Assembly: GCF_009914755.1 (NCBI RefSeq)
Contig: NC_060925.1
Source: the human T2T-CHM13v2.0 reference genome, Homo sapiens
Direction: 5' to 3' (one strand)
DNA: 64,000 nucleotides
Part shown: positions 1-19,328 of the stretch, one piece after another
Layout: every line of letters starts with the position of its first letter
Numbering within the stretch: position 1 is the first letter of the stretch
Notes under the pieces: model-generated
What the model was told of the DNA's origin: nothing
What the model saw: the letters and a program-made list of their open reading frames with translations, nothing else
Database searches by the model: none
Program-made: the position numbers and the translations under genes

Positions 1-734
1 TTGTTAGCCAATGAGGCCAGGCACAGTGGCTCACGCCTGTAATGCCAGCACTTTGGGAGGCCGAGGCGGGTGAATCACGAGGTCAGGAGTTCAAGACCAG
101 CCTGGATGGTGAAACCCCATCTCTATGAAAAATACAAAAAATTAGCCGGGCATGGTGGCGGATGCCTATAATCCCAGCTACTCAGGAGGCTGAGGCAGAG
201 AATTGCTTAAACCCGGGAGGCGGATGTTGCAGTGAGCTGAGATTGCGCCACTGCACTCCAGCCTGGGTGACAGAGCCAAACACCATCTCAAAAAAACTAA
301 AAAATAAAAAAGAAAAGAAAAAGTAGCTGGTTTGCGACACACACCTGTAGTCCCAGCTGGGAGGTCAGGAGTTCCAGGCAACAGTGAGCTATGATCTCAC
401 CACTGCACTCCAGCCTGGGCAACAAAGCAAGACCTTGTCTCTAAAAAAAAAAATCAATTAATTAAAATTTAAAAAGAATGTGATCTGTATGCTTGACAGT
501 TCCCAATTTCTACCTTCCCACTTGATCCTCCTCTGAGTTCCAGACTACTCTATCCAGCTATTGATCAACATCTCTGCCTGGACATCTTACAAGCATTTCA
601 AATGTAATGTGTCCAAATCAGAACTCCATCTCCCAACCCCCAGAAACCCAGACTTCTCTAACTCAGTAAATGACAATATCAGACACTCAGAAACCTGGGA
701 TGAGGGTCGGGGGCATCCGGGACTCCTCCCTCCC

Positions 735-912
735 TGTATTAGTTTCCTATGGCTGCTGTAAACAATCGCAATGTGTTTTCTCCCAGTTCTGGAAACCAGA
801 AGTCTGAAAGCACGGTGTCAGCAGGGCTGCTCTACCTGTGGGGCTCTCAGGGAGAAATCTTGCCTCTTGCAGCTTTCTGGTGGCTCTAGGTGTTCTTTGT
901 GGCTGTATCATT
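735..912 (-). mobile_element. MLT1-type MaLR LTR, left piece (split by the MER21-like element)
   Basis: Starts TGTATTAGTTTCCTATGGCTGCTGTAA, followed by cagttctgga..cagaagtctgaaa..gtgtcagcagggc, typical of MLT1. Confidence 0.75.
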
Positions 913-1399
913 CGATTTTTCTTTTCTTTTTTCTTTTCTTTCTTTTTTTTTTTTACATGTACCTGTTTATTATGAAGGATATTACAAAGGATACAGATAA
1001 AGAGGCACGTAAGACATGTAGGGTGAGGCATAGGGGAAGGGGTGTGGAGCCACCTTGCCCTCCTGGTGCAACCTTCCAGCTGTCTGGAAGTTCACTGAAT
1101 CCAGTCCTTTTGGATTTTTCTGGAAGCTTCACGACATCAGCATTTCTTTCCCCAGGGTATAGGGTGGGACCCTCTCATGGGAAGGCCTTAAGACCCACAA
1201 TCAGAAAGTCAAGAGGACATTAGAGTGGAAGGGAGACAGGAAAAGGGACAGAAGGCCTGCCCCTGAGGCCTAACACAGCCAACGTTCTAACAGAAGGTTC
1301 TAACAGGGCCTATGGGAGTTATGAGCCAGGAACCCTGGGTAAAAATAATATATATCATAACACCACAGGCCACCCCCTGGTTTTCAACCACGGATTTTT

Positions 1400-1401
<2 letters not shown>

Positions 1402-1445
<44 letters not shown>

Positions 1446-1569
1446 GCTTACTATATATATATATACTTACTATATATATACACTTACTATATATATACTT
1501 ACTATATATGCTTACTATATATATACTTACTATATACATATACTTACTATATATATATATACTTACTAT

Positions 1570-1603
<34 letters not shown>
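1402..1603. repeat. Compound microsatellite (CT)n-(TATATA..CTTAC)n-(CA)n
   Basis: Directly visible in the sequence. Confidence 0.95.
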
Positions 1604-1607
<4 letters not shown>

Positions 1608-1635
1608 ATGAATAATCCAGACCATCATATTGTTT

Positions 1636-2241
1636 CATGAACCCAAAAGTATCTGAGACAGATCTCAATCAATTTAGAAAGTTTATTTTGCCAAGGTTAA
1701 GGACACACAGGACACAGCCGCAGGAGGTCCTGACAACATGTGCCCAAGGGGGTTGGGTTAGAGCTTGCTTTTATACATTTAGGGAGACATAAGACATCAA
1801 TCAATACATGTGAGATTTACGTTGGTTCAGTCTGGAAGGGTGGAACAACTCAAAGCAGGGGGGCTTCCAGGTCATAGGCAGATTTAAAAATTTTCTAACT
1901 GGCAACTGGTTTAAAGAGTTATTAACAATAGAAACGAATGTCTGGGTTATGATAAGGGGCTGTGGAGAGCAAGGTTTTATCATGCAGATGAAGCCTCTAG
2001 GTAGCCAGCTTCAGAGAAAATAGATTGTAAATGCTTCTTATCAGACTTAAGGTCTGTGTTGATGTTAACGCTGGTTGGTATTTCCCAAATTCCAAAAGGG
2101 AGGAAAGTATAGTGAGGCATGTCCAGCCCCTCCTTTCCATCATGGAACTAGTTTTTCAGGTTAACTTTGGAATGTCCTTGGCTGAGAGGAGGGATGTGTT
2201 CAGATAGTCGGGGGGCCCTGGAATTTTATTTTTGGCTTACA
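1636..2241 (-). mobile_element. MER4A-like ERV1 solo LTR nested in the MER21-like element
   Basis: aaaagtatctgagacag.tctcaatcaatttagaa...ttttatttttggcttaca; 4-bp TSD GTTT at 1632-1635 and 2242-2245. Confidence 0.75.
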
Positions 2242-2329
2242 GTTTGAATATCTCCCAAGATGAGGCCACTCAGGTTTGCAGGTTTCCTCTCAATCTTGTC
2301 AGGTTCCAAAGCAGAAGTGGCCTTGGTAA

Positions 2330-2608
<279 letters not shown>

Positions 2609-3046
2609 TAGTAGAGACGGCGTTTCACCTGTTAGCCAGGATGGTCTCAATCTCCTGACATTGTGATCTGCCCGCCTCGGCCTCCCAAAGTGCTGGGATT
2701 ACAGACATGAGCCACCGCATCTGGCCATCCCAGCTAATTTTTAAAACAACTTCCCCTAAAGCTGGGTCTCACCATATTGGCCAGGCTGGCCTCAAATTCC
2801 TGACCTCAAGTGATCCACCTGCCTTGGCCTCCCAAAGTACTGGGATTACAGGCGTGACCACAATGCCTGGCCTTAATTTCTTTACTGGAAGTTACTGTTT
2901 CTCTCTCTCTCTATTAATATTCAAACTTCGTCACCTTTGGAAGGAACATTAGAATTGCCACTGTGCTGGTCTAAACTGCAGGTAGCGATGCAAGTCTAGC
3001 AAGTACCTCCTCCTCAATCCATTCTCATTCAGGTAGGGTAAGGTAA

Positions 3047-3545
<499 letters not shown>

Positions 3546-4025
3546 TAGCCAGGATGGTCTCTATCTCCTGACCTCGTGATCCGCCCATCTCGGCGTCCCA
3601 AAGTGCTAGGCTTACAAGCGTGAACCACGGCGCCCAGCCGGCCTCAATCTCTTGACTTTGTGATCCATCCACCTCTGCCTCCCAAAGTGCTGGGATTACA
3701 GGCGTGAGCCACGGCGCCCGGCCTGCATTCACTCTTTGCTGCAATTTTGCTAGATAGGGTGAAAGTACACCCATCCCAGTTATGCCCTTAGGAATTTCGA
3801 CATAAGGTTTAACAATATCATTACATTTTTTTGCTTACAAATCTGGTTCAGGGCCAGGCGTGGTGGCTCACGCCTGTAATCCCAGCACTTTGGGAGGCTG
3901 AGGCAGGCGGATCACCTGAGGTCGGGAGTTCGAGACCAGCCTGAACAACATGGAGAAACCCCCTCTCTACTAAAAATACAAAAGAATTAGCTGGGCATGG
4001 TGGCACATGCCTGTAATCCCAGCTA

Positions 4026-4439
<414 letters not shown>

Positions 4440-5320
4440 TCAAAAAAAAAAAAAAAAAAAAAAAACAGAAATCACCCCTGCTGATCCAGCACTTGTACTT
4501 GCAGCCCTGGCCCTGGGACCACTGCATCAGGTAAGGGAGAAAAGAAAAATTTCGAGATGATTTCAGGAAGAAAGAAAAAATTATAGTTGTTATACTGGCA
4601 TACTCCTCCCTTGGTAAGGAAAACCAGCATCCTCCCCAACCACCTTTCCCTTCCTCAGATCAACCAGAAAAACAAAAAACCTAGCAGGGCCACTCTAGTC
4701 CCACTCGTGTTGAGTGTGAGCACACACTTATGAAGGTATGTAAGCCAGCCCAGCATGCTCTTATCTCTCCCTGATTTAGACAATGTTTCAATTGCCAGTC
4801 TACTTCTGCATCAAACTATTACTCTAAAGAGGTTATCTCTCTGCCCATTGTTGGACATTTTGTGCTGTACAGTGTGTTCCTTAATCTGAAGAAATGATGG
4901 TTGGCCGTCCTAATCCAGGCAACGTCTTCTGTTTTTCTTTCTTTTGCACTCTGTTTTCATTTCCATTGGATAAGCAAAGCCCATGTGAGTCAGCATCTAT
5001 TCCTGTGAAGACCCACCTATAGCCCCCCAGGGCTTCCGGCATCAGTCTCACTTGCCAGCTATGATCGGGGCCTTCCCATCACAGACTCTGTTCCACAGCC
5101 ATCAGCAGTCCCTGTCTCTCTTGCTGAGATACAGAATAGTTCTTCCTGGCATTTTGTGCCTTGGAATTGCCACCCACAAACCAAGCGGCTGTTGGTTAGT
5201 CGGTTGAGAGCTGTTTATTGTGCACTGTAGAATCCCGCAGTTTCTCACATAGTTCCAGAGTCAGCCATAGTGGAAGAGCAACTCCCTGCATTCCCCAGGT
5301 AACATGATGATCCTCCATAA

Positions 5321-5840
<520 letters not shown>

Positions 5841-5987
5841 TCACCCGAGACAGCATGGGTATTTCAGGTGGTATACAGGTAACTTCAGCTAATGTTTCAT
5901 AGCAAGGCCCATCAAGAGGAAATTCTCTAGTCCAAAGGTTCCAGTAGTTGTTGCTGGGAGGTGTTCAGAGGCTTTTTTTTTTTTTGA

Positions 5988-6200
<213 letters not shown>

Positions 6201-7312
6201 TGATCCACCCACCTTGGCCTCCCAAAGTGCTGGGATTACAGGCATGAGCCACCACGCCCAGCCTAGAGGCTTTTGCCATAAACTCCAGGAAATACTCCAC
6301 CGGGGGTTAGAAAGTGGAGAATTTGTCCCTACCAGCACTCTAGCTTCTACTGTGCACTGTGTGAGCTTGGGCAATATTACTGGTTCCCATTTAGCGTGTC
6401 CAATTAATGTTTGAAAAACAGATTCACATGCCTTATGTTTTACAGTACCAGGTAGGGAAAACATTCCCCAATCAGATAAAATGTTCATTCCCATGATACA
6501 ATCAGGTAGAAGAGATGCTGCTGTGTGCGGTGGCTCGTGCCTATAATCCCAGCTCTTTGGGAGGCCAAGGTGGGCAGATGACTTAAGCTCAGGAGTTTGA
6601 GACCAGCCTAGCCAACATGATGATACCCTGTCTCCACAGAAAATACAAGAATTAGCCGGCGTGACAGCACGTGGTAGCAGCTACTTAGGAGACTGAGGCA
6701 CGAGAATCACTTGAGCCCGGGAAACAGAGGTTGCAGTGAGCTGATATCGTGTCACGGCATTCCAGCCTAGGCGACAAAGTGAGACTCTGTCTCAAAAAAA
6801 AAAAATGCAACCACTTCACGTGAAGTGTATTCAAATACACCAACTTTCATAACTGGCTCCTCCATTTTTATGTTCCAGTTTCATGAACTCTTCCTCACCC
6901 CCAGACCATTTTATCCTCTCTTGTGCCAAAGTCTTTGGGTCCCCAGCCAAGGGTTGAGCCAAAGGACCCTGCCTCTTTTGTCAATCTTTATCTTGATTAG
7001 TCTGCCCGACTATTGCCCTAAGCAATTTCGGATCAGATTTTTCATTGTAACCTCTGCCTTCCCGCTTTTTAAATCTCTCCAAACTGAGAAAAACACAGCA
7101 AACTGGTTTGGGCCCTTTAATTGTGGGAGACCCAGAAGATTTGGTTCACTCAACCTACGATAGAACTAAGATTTTTATTGTAACCTCATCAATTTTCATT
7201 TTATTAATTCCATTTCTTAATAGCCATCTAAATATTTCCACCATGCTGGGATGAGTCCCATGACTCTCTCCTTTCTTATTCTCCCTTCCTTCCTTCCTTT
7301 CTTCCTTCCTTC

Positions 7313-7346
<34 letters not shown>

Positions 7347-7633
7347 TTCTTTCTTTCGAGACAGGGTCTCACTCTGTTGCCCAGGTTGGAGTGCGGTGGT
7401 ATGATCATGGCTCACTGCAGCCTTGACCTCCCGGCTCAAGTGATCCTCCTACCTCAGCCTCCCAAGTTCCTGGGATCACAGGTGTGTGCCACCATGCTCA
7501 GCTAATTTTTTCATTTTTTTTGTAGAGATGGGGTCTTGCTTTGTTGTCCAGCCTTCTTTTTTCTTCATAGTTTCACCCCATCATCTTATTTCTTTATTCA
7601 CCATATTTCTTAATAACCATTAAAAAATTTCTT

Positions 7634-7939
<306 letters not shown>

Positions 7940-8256
7940 CTACAATAAGTACTTTGACTCTCCCTTTTGCCTTTCCCTGTTCTCTTGTTAACTAACCTAA
8001 TGCTTTTATTAACATCTGTAAGACCCACAAAGCAAATTTGTTAAGGCTTCTCTGTAGTTGGAGTCTGCAGGAGTAATATCACATGGGGTCCCCAGGTAGA
8101 AGGGGCCCCCTTAATCACGGCATTTACCCTGACCTGGTTAACAGGCACATTCATCAGGTGAATATCCTGGTCATCCCAAAGCTAGTACCACATGGCTTGA
8201 ATACAAAGCACATCAGCTGCCTCATCAGGGGTGTTCCACTTGACATTTATAGGTGA

Positions 8257-8659
<403 letters not shown>

Positions 8660-9766
8660 AGGAATAACTTCCTATGTGTCTGTGGGTCCTGCATCACCCC
8701 AAACATGTCCTTCCACTCTGCATTCTTCCCCTGAATTAGTCACTCTCATAATCCATTTTAGTAAAGCATCCTCAGGAAGCCAATGACACCAGTCTACAAA
8801 ATGGAACGATTCCTTCACACTCTCCTTCTGGTTTCAATAGTTACTTGGTTTTGCCCTTCCTTCACATTGACTACCTTCTTGGTAACCACAGATCTCAGAG
8901 GCACATTCTGTTGTCCCTGTATAATTTTCTCCTTTGTGGGTGACTTTGAGGCTAGTGGCCTGAGCTCAGACAGACCCACATCTGAGGTTGGTCAGCCTCA
9001 AGTCCTGACCCAGCACCATCTTTTACTTTCATTTTAGCCATTGCAGATAACAATAACCAATGAATTAAATATCTTAACTCCACTTGTAACTTTTACCTTT
9101 AGTAACTGATCTCAACACAGCTGTGGCTTCATACCGTGGGTGACCACGTGGCCACCCAGAAATCAAAGATTTCTCATCCCCACCCTTTTATTGTTTCTCT
9201 TCCCAAACCACATGTTTCCATGAGTCAGAGCCATTCCAGCAAATCCTGCTTCACTGACATCAGTTGTGTAGGGAAAACTCTAACTGTGTTTTTCCTCTAC
9301 TCTCACACCACAACAATCATCAACACAAAAGGAGACTTCTGTGACCATATGTATGGGTTTATTTTCCCCTGGACACCAAGCAGTGGACACCATCTGGGTG
9401 TCTTCTAATTCAGTTCCAACACTGTCTACCGGAATAGTGTCAGATCCCACAGGTTGAGACCAAGACTGGCCCCCCACCCACCCACACACACCAGTCTCAC
9501 GTCCAGGCCTCCAGAACTTCTAACCAACTGGCTTCAAGTTGGGGTTCCTATGTCCCCCTCTTTGAGTTTGATTAATTCGCTGGAGTGGCTCACAGAACTC
9601 AGGGAAACACTTACTTGTGTTTACCGGTTTATTATAAAGCATATTGCAAAGGATACAGATGAAGAAACACGTAGGGCAAAGTATGGGTGAAGGGTGTGGA
9701 GTTTCCATGCCCTCCCTGGGTGCGCCACCCTCCAGGAACCTCTGTGTGTTCAGCTGTCTGGAATCT

Positions 9767-9910
9767 CTGTATCATCAATTTCTGCCTCCATTTTCACATG
9801 GTCTTCTCCACTTTTGTCTGTGTTTGTCCTCTGAGTGTCTCTTATAAGGACACTTGTCATTGGATTTAGGACCCACTTGGATAACCCAGAATGAGCTAAT
9901 TTGAAGATTT
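9767..9910 (-). mobile_element. MLT1-type LTR, right piece
   Basis: tctgcctccattttcacatgg...tcttataaggacacttgtcattggatttagg continues the MLT1 sequence broken at ~912. Confidence 0.75.
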
Positions 9911-10151
9911 TTTTTAAATTTATTATTATCATTGAGACAGAGCCTCCCTCTATTACCCAGACTAGAGTGCAGTGGCGTGACCTTGGCACACTGCAACCTC
10001 TGCCTCCTGGGCTTAAGCCATCCTCCTACCTCAGGCTCCTGAGTGGCGAAGACTACAAGCACACACCACCATGCCCAGCTAATTCTTGTATTTTTTGTAG
10101 AAACTAGGGTTTCACTATATTGCCCAGGCATGTCTCGAACTCCTGACCTCA

Positions 10152-10376
<225 letters not shown>

Positions 10377-10531
10377 CTATAGTCCTAGCTACTCAGGAAG
10401 CTGAGGCAGGAAGATCACCTGAGCCCAGGAGCTGATCCTATGCACTATAGAATGTGCAGCTATGCACTATATATATGCAGCTATATATATGCAGCTATGC
10501 ACTATAGCCTGGTGATAGGGTAAGACCTTGG

Positions 10532-10675
10532 AGGGGAGGGGAGGGGAGGGGAGAAGGAGAGGGAGGGGAGAAGGAGAGGGAGGGGAGAAGGAGAGGGAGG
10601 GGAGAAGGAGAGGGAGGGGGAGGAAGAGAGAGAAAAAGAGAAAGAGAGAAATAGAAAAAAGGAAGGAAGGAGAAT
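10532..10675. repeat. Polypurine tandem repeat (GGAGAGGGAGGGGAGAA)n at an Alu 3' end
   Basis: About four 17-mer units plus GA-rich flank, directly visible. Confidence 0.9.
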
Positions 10676-11928
10676 AATAAAAATTTGCTGATTCCTTCAA
10701 TTTTTTTTTCCAGTAAGAAAACTGAGGTCCAACAATATGAATAAAGTAACCCAAGGTCAACAGCTAGCAATGACAAAGCCCAGGCCCTCCATCTTAAAAA
10801 AAACTCATGCCTTTCCCCTGCCTTTAGTGATCATAACAATCACCCTGCATGTATGGATTTTACTTTCTAAACCACTATCATAATCATTATCTCATTTCAT
10901 CTTCATACCAACTCCATGAAGCAGGTGTTATACTCATTTACACAGGAGGAAAGTGAGGCTCAGAGGCCAGGAATTTGAGGCCAGCCTGGCCAACATGGTG
11001 AAACACCGTCTCTACTAAAAATACAAAAATTCAGCATCACTTGCTGAAGGTCACATAACCCGTAAGCAGCTAAACTAGGACCACACCCAAGAATCCAGCT
11101 TCTGAAGCCTAAATTCTTTCTTATATGCCACATGGCACTATAGCAAAGTACAATGAATCAAGTGAACTTTGTTAAATCATTTTTCTGCCAATAGAAGTCT
11201 GTGCTAAAAGGACACCAATCAGTTGCTTACGGTAAACTTGGAAAACCTAACCAGCGGTTGGGCATGGTGGCTTATGCCTGTAATCCTAGCACTTTTGGAG
11301 GCTGAGGAGGGTAGATTGCTTGAGATCAGGAGTTCAAGACCAGCCTAGGCAACATGGCAAAACACTACCTCTACAAAAATTATAAAAATTAGCCGGGTGT
11401 GGTGGCGCACACCTGTGACCCCAGCTACTGGGGAGGCTAAGATAGGAGGATTGCTGGAGCCCAGGAGGTCAAGGCTACAGTGAGTGTGATTGCACCACAG
11501 CACTCCAGCCTGGGCGACAGAGCCAGACCCTGTCTCAACAAAAGAAAGAAAAAGAAAACTTAACAGCAATATTTAATGAATTTAAGTGCTAGTTTTTACA
11601 TGTAGGTAATTTTTCTGCTATTTCACTTCAGTATTCCAGATCCATCCAGGGCTCAGTGCACGCACAATTCTCATTAATGCTCATGTGAATTGCATACACC
11701 AGCTCTCCACAGAAAATACACTCAAAAGCACTCATCATTTAAGAGGCAGAAACTTCCAGGTACATGCTGTCACATGATCAGGAGCCCTGACTGTCTTCCC
11801 TACTTCACAGGGGCATCATAAAATATTGTTTGTGGGCCAGGCACGGTGGCTCACGCCTGTAACCCCAGCACTTTGGGAGGCCGAGGCAGGTGGATCACGA
11901 GGTCAGGAGATCGAGACCATCTTGGCTA

Positions 11929-12238
<310 letters not shown>

Positions 12239-12318
12239 TCAAATATAAAGCAGTAGTATTACTGCTTCCAAAAGGTGATACAGAATAACGCTGCCATTGA
12301 CAAAGTATGTGTGCATAT

Positions 12319-12337
12319 TCTGCCACCTCGTGGCTAA
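12319..12337 (-). promoter_or_regulatory. Candidate CTCF site
   Basis: Minus strand reads TAGCCACGAGGTGGCAGAA, close to the core CCASYAGRKGGCRS, in unique sequence. Confidence 0.45.
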
Positions 12338-12391
12338 AAGAAGAAATCATTTTTAATATTTATGCTTCTGGTATTAAGGTAAAATAAGTGA

Positions 12392-12574
<183 letters not shown>

Positions 12575-13554
12575 TAATTAAAAAATTTTTTTTGTAGAGA
12601 CAGGGTCTTGCTATGTTAGTCAGGCTGGTCTCAAGTTCCTGGCCTCAAGCAATCCTCCCGCCACGGCCTCTCAAAATGCTGAGATTACAGGCATGAGCCA
12701 CCACATCTGGCACCCAATTTATCCAATTAATTTCAATATTTACTGAATCTATTAACTTTATATCTTTAATGCAGTAGGAAAACACAGCACCGGAAACATA
12801 ATTAGATAATTTAAATTTACTTGAACTAAAATTTATGACCTGCCTAACACCACATTTTTTCAAGTCAGGTCTGGTTTTTTTCAAGCATATATTCATTGCA
12901 CATGAGAGTAGTTATTGGGAGCTACTCTGCTGGGGATACAGCAGAGAAGCCAGCACAAGTTCCTGCTTTCAATGGAGCTTACATTATAGTGGGGAAGATA
13001 AACAATAAACAGATAAATACAAAATATGTTAGTTGATGATGAATTTAATGAAGAGAAATGGAGTTGAGCAGGGGGAATCGAGTGTGACTGGCAAGGCCAT
13101 GTGTGCTCCACTTCAGACAGGGCTGTCAGGGAAGGCCTGGGTGCAGGGAGAGTATTTCAGGCTGGGGAAACAGAAGGGGCAAATTCCTGATGCTGGGAAA
13201 TATTTGATGTGATTGAAAAACAGCAAGGAAGCAGCAAGGAAGCCAGTGGAGCAGAGTGAGTAGGCGGGTTTTAGGGGACGAGGTCAGAGAGGTGGTGGGG
13301 ATGCCAGCTTGGTGTAGCCATGGTTAGGACTTCAGACTTGGCATTGGGATTTCTAGGTGAGATGGGAGTCACAGTGTGATTTTAAGTAGTGGAGTGACCT
13401 ATAATCCTGGGTAACTCTCTCACAAACAAAAGATAATACCAAATAACCTGAGAGACAAGTTTAATAGAATGCCTGGTGAGAAATGGTTACCATAAGAATA
13501 TAAAATTGTTCAAAATATTTATAAAAACAGCTCTTTTAAGAGAACTCAGGGTTA

Positions 13555-13954
<400 letters not shown>

Positions 13955-14569
13955 TCAGGCAAACCAAAGCTATTTTTACTTAGGATTGTCTCTGAAAAAA
14001 AGAAAGCTTTCACAATAGTACATAAATTCTCAAGACACTCTTCAATGAAGAAATAAATACTTCCTGAATGTCCACTATATGCAGGTAACCTGAAAAGGCA
14101 GGTTACAAGACAGGGCTCCTGCTTTAAAGTCACCTATAATTCAACTGAGGAGATAAAACATATGCATATAAAATAATATCATAAGGAAACGTACAAATTC
14201 TGAAGGAGAGCTGGAGACAAGGCAGTGGCATTTGGCAGGAGGAGCTATGCTAATGCCGGGCTGCAGAAGAATGCAGGGTCAGGCAGGAATGGAGGCAGGG
14301 AAAACAGGGCAGGGCTGGGGTCCAGGAACAGTGATCTTGGTCTGGGCCAAAAGCCAAGAAAGACCAGGAGTCAAGAGGCCATACTTGGGATTAGAGACTC
14401 AGAGAATTTTAAAGGGGAAGAAAAATTGGAGATGATTGAATCCAGGTTTCCTGTTTCACAAAAGAGGAAAATCAGATCAATCAAGATTTCACTGGTTAGT
14501 GACAGAGCTGGTCCTAGAACAAAGACCGCTGAGTTTTTGTTTTGTTTTGTTTTGTTTTGTGTTTTCTGA

Positions 14570-14677
<108 letters not shown>

Positions 14678-14680
14678 TAG

Positions 14681-14899
<219 letters not shown>

Positions 14900-15830
14900 T
14901 GACAGTGGACCTATGGAATTCTCAAAATTGCAAAGCAGGGTTGGAAGTGAGCCTCATGGGACCATGAAGAGAACACAGATCATCATGATGGGCTAGAAGC
15001 AGGATGCAGATCTAGGAATTAGGTGGTCAGCAAGATGGAAAGAAGTAGCTAGGCCACAGGAGAGTAACTGACCAGTATCTTGAGGACAAATTAAGTGGGC
15101 CCAATGCTTGGCAAGGGTAAGAAATCCTGACCCTGTAAACCTGAGCAAGAGGCACGTAGAGAGCAGACAGAATTCAGACTATTCTGAGATGGGGAGGGGC
15201 ACAGGAAGAGTCATCCAGTGAGAAATCATGCACAGGGGAGTGGGGTGATGGAAAGGTATCATTCCATCTTTCCTAATAATGATGGTACAATCATTTGTCT
15301 TTTATTTGGTGGTGGTGGGGGAGGAGCGTGTAAACTGATATGCTTTGGACTTGGTTTTTAGTCTTTAAAAGTTATACTTTTTTGTCAGATATGACTCCTA
15401 CATGGATAGTACTGGCTAATAAAAGATGCAACTATTTGGGGATATGAAGATGTGTCACCTTTTTTATGTCAGATAATTGAGGTTTTCTATCACTTTTGTT
15501 CTACAAAGAAATTGTTAATGTATGTTTCCCGTCAATCTTCAAGTATTACTAAAATTACTAGATCTTTTCTGAAAGATTTTATGGAAAAAAAAAGATTACT
15601 ACAGAGAACAGACAGAGAAAGGAATACCCCCTTTTCCTATGGACCAAGAGAGAAGTTGGCCTACCCTGTTATTATCACAGAGGCAGGGGGAAAACATGGT
15701 CTTTTTTCTGTTCCAGGATCCAACACAGGATGATAATACATTGCATTTAGAAAGATGTCTATTGACAAACAGAAATTCTTAATTTTGTTTTGTTATTTTG
15801 TTTTGTTTTATTTGTTTGTTTGTTTTTTGA

Positions 15831-15992
<162 letters not shown>

Positions 15993-16491
15993 TAGTAGAG
16001 ACAGGGGTTTCACCATGTTGGCCAGGCCAGTCTCGAACTCCTGACCTCAGGTGATCCACCTGCCTCAGCCTATAGGTGTGAGCCACGGTGCCAGGCCTTG
16101 TTTTGTTTTTTGAAACAGATTCTCATTCTGTCTGTCACCCAGGCTGGCTCAGTAACAGCTCACTACAACCTTGAACTCCAGGGTTCAAGCAGTCCTCATG
16201 CCTCAGCCTCCCAAGTAGCTGGGACTACAGGCGTGTGCCACTACATCCAGGTTTTAAAAAAAAAATGTTTTAGCTGGGCACTCATGTCTGTAATCCCAGC
16301 ACTTTGGGAGGCCGAGGTGGGTGGGATCATCTGAGGTCAGGAGCTCAAGACCAGCCTAGCCAACATGGTGAAACACCATCTTTACTAAAAATACTAAAAA
16401 TACAAAAATACAAAAATACAAAAAAAAGTACTAAAAATACAAAAAAAATTAGCTGGGTGTGGTGGTGGGTGGCTGTAATTTCAGCTACTCA

Positions 16492-16596
<105 letters not shown>

Positions 16597-17398
16597 TCAA
16601 AAAAAAAATTTTTTTTGGAGAGATGGGGGTTCTCACTATGTTGCCCAGGCTAGCCTTGAATTCTTGGCCTCAAGCAATCCTCCCACCTCAGCCTCCCAAA
16701 CTACTAGGATTACAGGTGGGAGCCAACATGCCCGGCCTTGATTTTAGCAGTCAAATTTATCTACATCTTCTTTTTATACATAACATTTTTACTGTCTTAA
16801 GACACTTTTTCCCAACCAAGTCACCTATGTTTTCTATTAAAAGTTTTCTTAAATTATTGTTTTTGACATTTAAGTTTTTAATCCATCTGGAGTTGATTTT
16901 TTTTTTAATTTTATGGTGTGAGTAGAAATTCAATTTATCTTTTTTCCAAATGGATAACCATTTTTCTCAGCTGTATTAAATGACCAATCTCCCCTTTTTC
17001 CACTTACCTGACATGGCATTCCAATATATACCAAAGTCCAAACATAAATGGGTTTCTCTATTATGTTGGTTAATTTGTATCACAGTAGCTAAATTCACTC
17101 CCAAGTGAACAGAAGAGGTCTCTCTAAATAAACTTAATTTTTTTTTTGTTTTTGAATGTTATCTACAAAATAAAAATGCTTAAAGTGTTAGTGAGTAGGA
17201 GTTGTAGAGAACTAGCTTTAAGAGTTCCTATCTATAATAAAATAGCTTCATAATGAATCCTAATATAAGAGAAGACAATTTCCCTTCTTGCTTTTCTTTT
17301 TCAGAAGATTCTTGGCTATTCTTAGACCTTTACTCTTCCTTATCCATTTTTTAATAATCTTGTCAAGTTCTATAAAAACCTTGTTGAGTGTTGTCTGA

Positions 17399-17746
<348 letters not shown>

Positions 17747-18835
17747 TGATCTGCCCGCCTTGGCCTCCCAAAGGGCTGGGATTACAGGCGTGAGTCACCG
17801 CGCCTGGCCATTTGGGTATTCTTTAATGTCTCTTAACATTTTATAGTTTTCCCTTGACATATTTTATGTGTCTTTCCTAAGCACTTAACATTCTCTGATA
17901 CTATTTAAAACAGTGAAGCCAGGCATGGTGGCATGTACCTGTAGTCCAGCTACTCAGGAGGCTGAGGTGGGAGGATCGCTCAGGCCGGAGAGGTTGGGGC
18001 TGCAGCGAGCCGTGATTGCATCACTGCACTCCAGCCTGGGCAACAGAGGAAGACCATGTCTCAAAAACAAAAACAAATATTTGATATCAGCGTCTTACAT
18101 TTCGGCCATTCTGGTAGGTGTGTAATGCAATCTCACTATGATTTTTTTTCCTTTAAAAAATTTTTTTTCTTTCTAAATAATAGAGATGGGGGGGTCGCAC
18201 TTTGTTAGGCCAGGCTAGTCTTGAACTCCTGGCCTCAAGCGATCCTCCCACCTCGGCACCCCAAAGTGCTGGGACTACAGGTGTGAGCCACCATGTCAGG
18301 CTCGTGCTGTAACTTTAATTTGCATTTCTCTGATGATTCATGATATGGAGTACCTTTTTGTATGTTTATTGGCCACATGGACATCTTTGTCAAGCACCCC
18401 ATTTTTCTACTGGGCTGTCTGCCATTATCTTATTGATTACAGTAGTTCTCCACATATTCTGAAAACAAAACCTTTGTTATTATGTGTGTTACAAATAGCT
18501 TCTTCCATGCTGTACCTTACATATTCGGTCTCTTAATGGTGTGTAGATAAACTGAAGGGATTATTGTTAGTGAAGTACATTTATCTACTTATAATACTCC
18601 CAAAGTGAACAGAAGAGGTCTCTCTGAATAAAGTTACATTTATTTTTTGTCTCTGAGTGTTATCTATAAAGTTCAAATGCTTAAAGTGTTAATGAGTAGG
18701 AGTTGCAGAGAACTAGCTTTGAGAGTTATTATCTATAATAAATTTTGTAAAGGAAGTATTGTATATAGGTTTTAAGCTTCTCTTTGAAAAGACTTTCAAG
18801 ACATCTATCTCCTTTTTTTATCTCCTTAATTTAAA

Positions 18836-19328
<493 letters not shown>

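Noticed and set aside
1430-1575. Repeat-spacer-like periodicity (CTTAC separated by TA runs)
   Set aside because: The spacers are low-complexity TA, so this is a microsatellite and not a CRISPR array.
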